A DNA stretch of 63,717 nucleotides, the filler included, from Trichosphaerium sp. ATCC 40318 (taxonomy: Eukaryota; Protista; Tubulinea), in NCBI GenBank assembly GCA_038496445.1. It is 4 parts of 4 records of this genome, joined end to end, with 100 filler letters (N's around TTAATTAATTAA, not from the genome) between each part and the next. Parts side by side here need not be neighbours in the genome. Positions count along the whole stretch, not along the records: positions 1 to 21,533 come from JALMLS010000372.1; 3 more parts are not named here. The stretch is one strand, 5' to 3'. Made by a program: the position numbers and the translations under genes. Shown piece by piece: positions 1-10,790 of this stretch. How positions within the stretch are numbered: the stretch's first letter is position 1; each line of letters begins with the position of its first letter. The notes below the pieces were generated by a model that did no database searches, was not told the origin of the DNA, and was given only the letters and a program-made list of their open reading frames with translations.

Positions 1-700
1 ATTGACGAGCTTGGATATCTCTTGATGAGGTGCTCATGGAATCAGTGGTTTAGCTTGGATAACATAAATACAGTCGATTAAATCGTACATCTGCCAGCAT
101 CTTGGGATATGTCACACCAGCCGATATGATGACAGCGTCACCTTCTCTGTTGGGAGAGTCGGTGGTAGCCTGTTGCATGGCGTTGTTGATGGACGTCCAA
201 TCGCTCGTGTCACTCGAGATGGCTGCGACATAGCCACTCTAAAGTTACAGTTGTGAGGCTTATCGACTTGATGCTGAGGTAATTTGGCACCTTTGAGACT
301 TTTTTGATTTTTTTCGACGGCTGACACCAGCTTGCTTTGATTTCTTGCGATGATTGTAACGTTAGCGCAGCCTTGGCGCAATCCATTGCTGTACAAAGAC
401 CTGTTGTGTCAAATTAACGAAACACGGGCGTTATTGTTGTACCAATGCCCGAAGAACCACCTGTTATAACTACGTGTGCTCCTTGAGTGTTTAAAACTTG
501 GATTTTGGAAGAAAATCGCGTAAGGGCTACATACGCCGAAGCTACTGCACAGGCGCCTACAAAGCCACAATTATCATTATGCGGTGTATTTCGTTGTTGT
601 TGAGCTACATTTCAGCGATTTTGGCCCCCAAATCCCATTGCGTGTACTGTACTTGTTAGCGTTGCAATGTTTAATTCACTGTTTGAAATGGGTACATTAT
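1..700 (-). CDS. 3-ketodihydrosphingosine reductase-like SDR (KDSR/TSC10 family); runs off window start, start codon uncertain
   Basis: Spliced translation gives GAHVVITGGSSGIG (Rossmann TGxxxGIG), ANVTIIARNQSKL and DAVIISAGVTYPKML, with a hydrophobic N-terminus. Confidence 0.75.
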
Positions 701-2229
701 TGATGTCATTCAACGCACAAAACTCAGAATAGGTTTTCAGCCCAGGCTATGTAAAATTGAACAAGAAACAGCAAGCCATAAAGGAAAAGAAAGGCGCCTG
801 TGAGGATTAAAAGAAAAGAAAAGGAAGAAAAATCTACACAACCCAGAGAAAGGCCTAAAAGCAAGCTGGCGGTACCAACGCGCCAACGCAGCTCAATCAG
901 CAAAAAAGGGAAAAGGAGCTAAACAACCAAAACCAGAAAAAAGAAGCCAAGAGGAACCAGAAGATGAAATATTCAAGGAGATATCTCTAAGCGAGGATGA
1001 ATCAGCAAGTGCAGGTCAGTCACGTGCTGTCGCTGCAGCACGTGACAAGGATGAAAAGAAGACTCATCATGATGATGACGATGCCAGCGCTGCATCAGAC
1101 GAAGATGAAAGTGACAGCGGTGAGGATGATGATGGGTCGAGTGACAGTGGTGATTCTGTGGTTTTGGCGGAATCATTACCAGCCATGGATGACGGCGAGG
1201 AAGACGCTATACGTTCAGATATCTTGCGGCTGATGCGCGGTGAGAACATCGATACTGCTGATAAGGCTAGAGCACCTGATAAACTATATCTTGAGCCATA
1301 CACAGGTATGTCTGTCTCCAACCTCAGTGCGCATTGAAAATAGTATTGTTACTAACTGTTTTTGCCAACAGAGAGCCATCCTGCCTGGATCAGACAAATA
1401 AGAGACTTTGTTATAACTGGTATCCCTCCTGAGGAGAGCGTTGCCAATGTCCGTAAGTTTATAGAGGAGCACTGTGGTGAAAAACTAAAGTATGTCCTGT
1501 GATTGTAAAAAAACCAATCATTTGATTGTTATTCCAACTCATTCATTTCTAGGAAAGCCAAGAGGCATGAAGATTGGCCTCCTACTACTGTCATGTTCTC
1601 CGTTATGACTGAAAAATCTCACAAACAGGTACGGTTGTTAGGACGTTCTTAGTAGTTATTGTAGTAACCATCCCACTGTCGTAGATTCCTATATTGAACA
1701 AGCGCAAATTTAAAGGCAACGTTATCAATGTGCGTTGAATCGGTTATGTCGTACATTGTGCTCACTTGCGAAACAATCTAGGTGTATCCTGCACTCAAGG
1801 CTGTAGATAAAAAGGTAAGTAGTAATCCTCCACTCTTGATTTATAGTTGACGTATATGGTTAGCGTACGATTGTGGCGTATACCTGCCCAAAGAAAGAAG
1901 TTAGCTTAATCGATGAACGTAAGTTATTGAACGAATCAACTAGAAACTTGGATTGTATTTTGACACAACCCTCTCTTTTAGGACTGGACAAATATGGAAC
2001 TGTAGTGTACAGCACAGTTATTCAGTATGAACAAAAGTCAATCCTTGTAGCAGAGTACAGCAGTCGTGAGGTTAGTCAAACTTAATTTAAATATTGTTGC
2101 ATTGTGGTGGTTGGCTCATTGTTTACTTAGGAAGCAGTTCTTGCGTCAAAAACCAAATACTTTCAAATAACAACGAGAAAGGGACGTGATCTCAAGATAC
2201 GTATACTACCATTCATCAAATTTAAATGA
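688..2229 (+). CDS. Nucleolar-type RNA-binding protein: Lys-rich and acidic N-terminus plus RRM-like domains
   Basis: K/E-rich then D/E/S-rich tract (DDDASAASDEDESDSGEDDDG), followed by RRM-like exons (FVITGIPPEESVANVRKFIEEHCG; LDKYGTVVYSTVIQ). Stop TGA at 2227-2229. Start uncertain. Confidence 0.55.
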
Positions 2230-2365
2230 GTAGTGAGTGTTAGAATGATTTGAAAAAAAAGACTTGGACCAAAAAAATATGTAAATAAAAAAAGTTTGGC
2301 ATTACAACTCAATTTGTCTATCTACACTACCGGTTTTGCTTGATCATCTCTTCAACCACTACCAT

Positions 2366-3541
2366 CTAAACTGCCAAACCCAAACCACGGACATATTTGA
2401 GTCCCTTTAGACAATTAGTGTTCGTGATAGCTGACTAGTAAGAGGTACCTCATCAATCTTGGTCCATAGGGTGTCTGTGCTCTTGACTTCAAACAGGATA
2501 GGTCCTTTGTACTTTAAGTCGTTAACACGTTTTACCTGTGCTGTCCAGTCTACATCTCCCTACAGATCACGTGAGCATTCTCTCCCTCAATAGTTTTTCG
2601 CACATCTGCTATCGTATCGATGGTGTCACCATTGACTGATTGCTTCAAGTGCATCATGCCAATCTAACAAGAGTAATCAACATGCCTGTTTTTGGTAAAT
2701 ACTATCTGGCCGTGTGTACCGTGTTTGCGTCTTGAATCTGTGCAGCGCGTGCCTCAGAGTCCTCTGCTTTGAATTGTGTTTTCAAGTTACATGGATCCCA
2801 ACACAGCTTGATATCTTCACAGCTGGCAGATGCAGCATTCTAAAGAGACCATTAATCTTGACGTCTTTTTTTTTTCTTTGTTTTCTGCGTACCGCTACAC
2901 GCATGTGTTTGGCAAAGTCTTGCTTGCAGTTTTCGATGACGAGGGTGGCGTCCTTGCCAGCTACTTTCCTGAGCTCTGCCAATAAAGTTTTAAGAGAAGC
3001 AGTTACACGTGCTTCATCCACCTTTTCAAAGGCAGTAGCGACGGTGTAGGTGTCGACTGAACCGGTTTATTAGCTTCGAACGTCCTTTTACTCAATGCAC
3101 TTGCCTACACGGAGGAATGGCTGCTTAAAAGCGCCTTTTGCGAGTGCTGCAGCTGTTTTACAGCCTTGTTGGAATATTTCATCGTCCGTTGACAGCCTTC
3201 AGCTTTGTAAGATGGTTGTTTTAAAGGTAAACGTACTCTCCGCTGAGAATTGGTAACGCCACAGCCAAATTGAACCCAACGTCTGGGAATTGAGTAGCAA
3301 GCTAGTGTATGACGTTAATACGCGTATGGGTTTATTGTAAAGCGGTTACTTTGCCAATTTGCTCTGGATTTGGCACGCATTTCGGGCCAGTCTCGTATGG
3401 TTCCCCAATATGCGTTTGTCTGAGTTCTATGTAATTAAAGCCTTTGCTTTGGGCTTGTTTTATTAATTCTGGAAGTGGCGTTCCTTGTTTTCTTTGAGCA
3501 GCGAAGCAGTTGCTCACTAATCCTAAAAACTGTGTTGCCAT
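2366..3541 (-). CDS. Xylose isomerase-like TIM-barrel protein (sugar phosphate isomerase/epimerase, AP endonuclease family 2 fold)
   Basis: Motifs GFNYIELRQ, LVIEN, LCWDPCN, IGMMHLKQ, GDVDW and YKGPILFE across about 6 exons. Confidence 0.75.
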
Positions 3542-3671
3542 GTGTCACCAACGATCTTGTGTTAGAATTAACAAAACGTCAATTTGTCGTCAACACATTT
3601 CGCCGTGTTGTTAGATACTATGTTGACATTTGCTTTTAATGACGATGTTGGTTGGTTATTATTATTTTAAT

Positions 3672-4961
3672 TTACAAGTTTTGGTTATTATGTCTTTCCT
3701 TGACTTCATCCCATGTCACATCAAACCGCTCTCGAAGCAACCATGGATATTGTGGTTTACCTGTAGTTGGCGATATACCTACGTTGATTATTAGTGTTTA
3801 AATTGTAAAGAACTTGAGATCTCGTTGAGCAGCAGTTGTACCCTGGTAGTGGATTGTCAAAATCGCGCCAACTTCAGGAGGGAATTTATAGTCACTTGTC
3901 TGACACCTTATGCTTATTTCACCTCCACCAGGCCTATCGGAAGTTAGCTAAACCCACGTGTATATTCTGCTATACGTACAACTCTACGAGCAAATAATTG
4001 TTTGATGTGGATGGACGAACAAGCTTCACTTCCATCTCCACTGATTTCTACAAACGTTTGTGAGCAATACAACACAAAAAACGAAAAGCAGTTTACCTTG
4101 ACTTTGAGTACTTGGGATGTCCGTCCTGGTAGGTAATACGCATACTTGTTGCGTATAACTAAGCCCTCTCCTTTTAGATAATGGTTAGCGTTGTGAGGTA
4201 CAAAAAAAGTCAAAAAGGTATTCCATACCTTTAATGGCCTCTACTTTATCGAGGTCTTTCAGTAAGTGCTCTTTGCTTTTACACTCATACTGTTCAATCA
4301 CGATTGCGTGTTTATGCTCCTTAGGGATAAGTTTCTCTCTTAACAGTTCGTAGCGTTGTGCAAAAGGTAGATGTATAGACGGCGAATCGAAAATGTGATA
4401 CACCAATTCTAGCACAAGTCAGCATGTTGCAAAAAAGTCGTGGTGCGTACGATCCCACTTCTTTTTAGCCTCTGAGCGCTGTCTAGTTATACTTGTCAAC
4501 ACCTTTTGTAGTTCTCCATAACCAGACCTGCGTATTTCAATTTAGGGGCTGTGTAAGGGTGGGATAGACGGACCATAGTTCGCCATCTAATGTCATATTT
4601 TTTGGGAAGCCTTCTATGAATTCTGGAGGCGGTATACCAAGCACTTTTCCGTTTCTAGAGATGAACTTTTCGTCCCAGTACGCTCTTATACCATCATACT
4701 TTTCAGAGATGAGCCTAACACAGAAATAGTTAGGTAACGACAACATTGTGTAAGCTCATAAGCTGAAACCGTGTACCATCCTGTTGGATCCTGTTCTTGG
4801 TCCCAATCGCAAGGTTGTTGTATAGTTTTACCTAGTAGAGTACATGTTAATGTGTTGCCTCGCTGTTGTACATCTTAGATGATTGTACCTCTTTGAAACT
4901 GATTTTCAGGAGTGAACATGACTGGCCGTGCTTTGTCTTTGTCTCCACCAAAGGCTTTTGG
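3672..4961 (-). other. Minimal ATP-dependent DNA ligase domain (adenylation + OB fold, Chlorella-virus/LigE-like)
   Basis: DPTGWLISEKYDGIRAYWD (motif I, adenylated Lys). Motifs III, IIIa, IV and V are all present in spliced exons. Confidence 0.9.
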
Positions 4962-7900
4962 TTAATTGATGGCAGCCATAAGAGTATCAGCATCATATCG
5001 CCACCATCCAGGGACAGGTATCAGTGTTATACCTATATTCGATATGATTAATCTATTGCCCTCTATGGCTGTTTGTTTTGTATTACCTTCTTTGGCACAA
5101 GCTTCTGTCTTTTGTGCATAGAATGCGTGGAAATCATATGCTGGTCTCATTTGACGCTCAGATGCAGGTAAATTAAACTCATCCTCTGTAAAACGATATC
5201 GTCAGTTGAGTTTGCTATGATACCAATGTTTTGCTTGCCTTGAAAGTCAAAGGCAATTTTTTTAGTAGGTACATAAAAGTCCAGCTTGTCGTTAAAAACA
5301 AGCGCCTTGATATCATCTGCCAGCTTCAAACATGGATGTGCGAAATCTCTTACAACCTCATCATCTGGAACAAGCGAGGAATAAGCGTTTGAAGGATTCT
5401 AGGACGAAGTACAAGTCAGTTGGGGAACGCTGTTGAACATTGAGGACGCACGTTTTGGTAAGACCAGGGTTGCTATCGAATAACAGCTCGCCTCTGACCT
5501 CCCCTTGTGGGTATACTATACTCATTGCTTGATTAAAATTATCGCGATACCGTGCAACAAGAGAATTTCCTTGATTGGCTGTAACTTGGGATTTTGTGAC
5601 ACGATACCAATCCGAAGGTCTCTCAATGCGAAACATTTTTTCCGAATCTCTTAAATAGAAAATAAATCATTCAACAACAAACATGGAATATGGTGTTTCA
5701 TACCGTATCCACTGCACTACTGTATCGATGTCATACCAAATATCAGATCGCAACGGTTTAAACATCCAGTCTTTCCAGTTGTGGTGCTCGTAAACTTGAT
5801 GTAGGACGTCAATCAAATCGCCGCCACATTGAGTAATTACAGGATCCGCTGTTGAACAATCTCGTAAGTCTTCATAGGATGAATTTCAATACGCGTACCA
5901 TAGGCCATAACATCTTTTTTCTTTACAGTATACCAATCGTCAAGTTGCTCTACACCAACTCTATCACCCACCCAATCAAAGAACTTTTTCAGTTTGGTGA
6001 GATCGCTTGGAATAGATTCATTCCTAAAGCAATCTTTTAGCTAACCCGTAACTACGAAAGCAATGGTGATTGGTCTACCTTGCTTTGAAGTAATCCCATT
6101 GTTGCTCAGGGTAGAATGCCACTAGCAAATCTAACAAATCATTGTACTCGCTAACCAAGGTATTAGTTTGATTACATGTATACAGCCTTAAGTACCTCGC
6201 AAATTTGCCACCCTTCCTGACTATACTCGCTATTGTTACATTGTACCAATCTCCTGGTATATTCTTAACACCCAGATCTTCCAATCTAATTTGCAATTGA
6301 GTAAGTTAACCAGTATTTAAACCGAAATCACCTTTGTTAACTGTTTCTTTTGTGCTCTGAATTCTTCGTCCTTTCGAGATATCTGCGCAAGTTCCTCGTC
6401 TGTAGGACCTGGGACTGATGTCAGCACAAACCCCTCAGCCTGTATACAATGAATGACATACCGAATTTTTTCAAGTCCCATTCGTAGCCATCATACACAT
6501 TCATTAACACTTCACGCAATGAGTTATTGTATAACCTATCGTATAGTAAGCAACGGGATACAATTTTTAAAACCCATACGTTAACAGCTCTCCGCCACCG
6601 TAGTTGGTTAGTGCTGCTGGAAATACGCTGTACCACTCAGACATGCCGCTGAAATTGAGGATCTTGCCTAGCTGATTGGGAGTTAGCTGCAGACTGTTTG
6701 CATAGTGTAGACCTCGTCTAGGAATATTTTCCTATTCGCCTCAATTGCAAAGTAATCCTTCTCACTCAATTTACTTGTGAGACGACGTATATTCCACTTT
6801 GTGCCAGGAAGCAACGCTGAGAACATCTTGGGAATGGAGTTATCGTACTCCCTAACAAACAATACGTAGTCAGCTTAGATGTATGTCACGTGGCTGGAAA
6901 GGGTAGTCCAATTATTCTACGCACTTGAGAAGGCCAATGGCACCCATGTTCTTAATCCTATTTGCATTGAGCCCAGCGTTGTACCAGTCTTCTGGTTCTT
7001 GTTTTATTTCAAGGTCTTCTTTCAGCTAAAAGATGACAAGGTCAAAAAAACTGATCGTGTGTGTGCATAGATCGTACACAAGCAATAAAGTTGTCTTGAT
7101 TGGCTTGAATAGTCCAAAAACCCTTCTGCCGTCTTGCTTCTATACACAAAATGTGAGTATTAAAAACACGTGATAGGTTTCGTAGTATCGTACTAATTTG
7201 CCATAGCCGCCAATTTTTATCTGGATACATTGTCTGTAATAGCTGTGGTACTCCCATTTTAAAACGTCTTGTGGACAATACATCAATAAATAGGTTTTTT
7301 TCAAAATAGTGTCTGGTGTGGTGTACTTTAAGAGATTAGAACCTCCTGCTTTCTTGAGTTGTATTCTCGAAACGTTGTACCAATCATTCAAGTCCTTCAT
7401 CTCAAGGTGCTCGCAAATCTAAGTTTCAGTTAGAACATTAAAACTACCACAAAGATATGTCCATACTCTCTCCAAGAAGGCTTCTTGGTGATCTGTCTTG
7501 TACCAGGACAACCCATCAACTCTACTCTCTAAGACACAAAAAATAAGATTTATCATGGTGAAGAAGGAAGGAACTTGCCTATGAGTTGCATGTCCCATGA
7601 GTGTTCAGGAAATGTGGCTTTGAGGGAATTCAAGAAATTGCCATCATACTTTCTACAAAAACAGACGTGACATGTCAGTAAGGAACAAAGCCTTGTGGTT
7701 ATGAGACGTGCTCAAGTAGTGGCCTGCCACCAAGTTCAACAATCTCGTCTTTTTTGACAGTAAACCATTGTTGCGGTAATTCGTCCAGACTCAATTTTTT
7801 AGCGCACTACAGCGTTTTGTCAGGCGTGTACACGCTATTAATCATGGCGCTACAAAATAATGTCAAACCTCATCTAGAAACACTCTATGATTTGTTTTAT

Positions 7901-8106
7901 CCCAAAAGCTCTTTGGGCGTTCTTTGATAACTACTGAGTTTAATATGACGTAACAAGTCCAAAAGACGTTTTTTTGGCGTTGTACCTTCGTCGTCATCGC
8001 AATAATGGCGGTTTTGACGCTTAGCTGTAATCGCTCGTTTATTTATCCCAACGATTAGTGTTTTACACGCCCTCGATGTAAACGCAGTGCGTAGCCCTTG
8101 CAGCAT
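3672..8106 (-). CDS. Putatively mitochondrion-targeted Trp-rich repeat protein (7 repeats) + PD-(D/E)XK-like nuclease + ATP-dependent DNA ligase, with an in-frame TAA at 4962-4964
   Basis: N-terminus MLQGLRTAFTSRACKTLIVGINKRAITAKRQNRHY|C. Repeats such as LEMKDLNDWYNVSRIQLKKAGGSNLLK...LQTMYPDKNWRLWQI. Nuclease LDFYVPTKKIAFDFQGKQ...GITLIPVPGWW. Ligase motifs EKYDGIR, LDGELW, YHIFDSP, EGLVIR, VLKVK and OB-fold end GKPQYPWLLRER. Confidence 0.8.
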
Positions 8107-8333
8107 GTCAGACAAGAGCGCCTTAACAGCTGAAGAGTCCCAAGCCGATTAAGGAAACTATATTTGGGTAAAGAGCGCATCGCACGCACAATCTCGAAAA
8201 CCTTACGAAGCCACTATTCTAGCACTGTCTTGTAGACACGTGCGGAGGTAGTTTAGAGTTCTGACAACCACTTAACTACCATTTTCCGTACACTTTTCTT
8301 GAGCACAAACTGTATAAAACATACGAGGTCGTC

Positions 8334-10589
8334 ATGTTAGAGTCTACTACTGTACAGCGCGTGGTTATGTTGTGTATAATAGTATGCTCGTTTGGTTTTG
8401 GCGAGGCTTGCAGAGAAGTTGATAATTTAGAGGATGTTACTACAGTACGTTTACATAATATGGTTCAGGCCAACATGTCATTTGTAGAGTGACGACTGCG
8501 TGCAAATAAGCGGCGATGAGCTTCATAATATGACTTGGGAAGGGTATAACAACATTAGGGTCGTTTGGGATGGTAACACCAGGGCACGTGATACATAAAA
8601 ACAAATGTGTTCTAATTGTTAAAATTTACAACTTGCCAGATAAATTTCGAGTCTATCACACTAACAAACTGCACAAACATTAGCATTGAAGGCTTTACAT
8701 TCAACAAACAGGCAGCACCCATAATAACCGTCAGCACTGTATGTTTCCATGGTCCCGCTGTAACATAACTTTGACGTAGACTCACACGACATCACTTTTC
8801 AAAATGGAGAAATTACTTTTAGTGAAGAAGACAACCAAATTATCATAAATACAGCCTGCACCCAAAATAATAAGGTGGACTTTCGAGAAATGAGTTTTAC
8901 AGCCGATTACTTTGACAAGATCAAAGAAGTTATTGATGTAAAAAGTGGGCGACTAATACTTGTTGATAGTACTGCCACTGGGTGCACTGACAGTATGCCG
9001 CGTAATACCTTCATGTAACCCCTTTAGAGTTTATAAGGTCAGACAAAGTGTGTGGATACGGTAACAGTTGGTACTACTCCTAAATTACATGACGCTCATT
9101 GAATCTTGTAGATAAATTTTCGTACAACTCCAACACGTGTGAATCAACCAAGATTTTTGAGTACGAGTTTTATATAGTCTAAAACAAACTTTGACGTTTT
9201 CCCTAACAGCTGTCACGATTCTGCACATTTTGTTGTGTCAAATGTTTTGATCCATGGTGACATAAAGCGGGTACCAGTTGTATTTTTGGTAACATCTAAC
9301 ATACCCAAGCGCTACACGCTGAGTGCGATACTAAAAAGATGGGAAGTTTACTCTTGAGTATGGAACATTCGGCAAAGGCACACAAGCGCTATTACTTCAA
9401 CACTAATGCACACAGATATCACCAGGATTGAGGAAGATGAAGACAAAAACGACATTGATGAGTGGACTTTCATCAACTCTTTGGTGATGACAAGCAAACA
9501 ATATGGGCCAACTGTGCTCAACGTAGAGGCTTGTTTTTTTTCAGATATTGACAATGGAGACTACCGTTTAAATGCAAAACAATCCTCAAGTATATTTGAT
9601 GGTACGTTCCTTTAAAGTACTGAGTTCCAAGACTTAAATCGCAACAGTACCAATATCGAGTCAGAGCGCCATAAACTACGACATTGGTACGCTCAATACA
9701 AATTGTAGTTTAGTAACAGTCATCGACAATAGATGGTGTCATTCGATTACCGGGTTTGGAAGATATTGGCGCATACCAGTCGGTACAAAAACAACGCTTT
9801 ATAGTCCCATTAACGTCAATTACGATAGAGACAATGCAGTCTAGATACACGACCTTCAAATGAATACTTTTGTGCTGGGGGTACGATAGAGAAACAAACG
9901 AATGCCGTTGAACCTTTTTGTTAGATGAATGGATCAAAGAAACATCTTGTGGAGGCACCCAACTCCCAGATTTTAATTGTATATGCGGTAATGCAACTTG
10001 GTCATGTGCTGGAAGTTCCTTACTTTATTTAAAAATCAGATAATTGGATTGCAGATGATCCTGTCACCATCTTAGTACCTACACTGTGGAATGGGACCTA
10101 TGTATTCAATGCCAATGTAACAATCAATGCAACTCAGACTTTTGCAGATGCCTCTGTACTCACATTTACCGGTACGTCCTATATGAAACCAATTGAGTAT
10201 TTAATTACTACACAGCATGTGCAAGTGTAACAGGCGATATCAAATTTACTGCGGATAATATAATAGATGGCGAAGCACGTGATCAAGTGAAACGTCACAC
10301 ATTGTAACTTTGATTTAGATACGGGACATATTTCTTTATAGTCAAAACTGTGTTGAAGTGACATTAACATAAAAGAAATTAACAGGGGTTGTACGACAAC
10401 AACCGGTACACCAATTGACGATAAACAAGGTACATCCTAAAATAGGATCATGTCAGTCTAAGCACTGACGTTTTAGGTCACTTTTCTGTACTGTTCTCCC
10501 TACAAGATAAATGCAACCAAGGCTCTAACAGCGGTCTATCGCCAGCTATAATAGCTCTCATTATGATCGCCATTGTGGTTCTCATCTAG
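8334..10589 (+). CDS. Secreted/membrane-anchored surface protein with possible beta-helix-like ectodomain
   Basis: Signal-like VVMLCIIVCSFGFGEA, many short exons, Cys-containing stalk and C-terminal hydrophobic SGLSPAIIALIMIAIVVLI*. Confidence 0.55.
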
Positions 10590-10790
10590 TTCTAAAAGTA
10601 GTTCTTTTTTTCCAAAACAAACAACAAATGAAAAAAGGTTTACGTAAAACTCAAAATGTCAAGAAAGATGTCTCCATAACCTTAGCAATCATGTTGATTA
10701 TCAAATAAAACGGGGGTACAAGATAATACGCGATTTTATTTACAAACAAGGTCAAAAAAAATTGTTGTTTTTCACTGGCTCATTTTTTTG

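Noticed and set aside
3672-4961. Bacterial or viral contamination as the source of the minimal ligase
   Set aside because: The domain is split by several host-style spliceosomal introns and is contiguous with host genes.
4962-4964. Stop-codon reassignment (TAA as sense) to explain the in-frame stop
   Set aside because: TAA, TAG and TGA all end conserved genes here (MDH, S53, epimerase, phosphatase), and those genes show no internal TAA/TAG.
5225-5240. GC donor directly after FDFQ in the nuclease exon
   Set aside because: A same-phase GT donor 15 nt later keeps the conserved QGxQ, so it was not counted as GC-AG.
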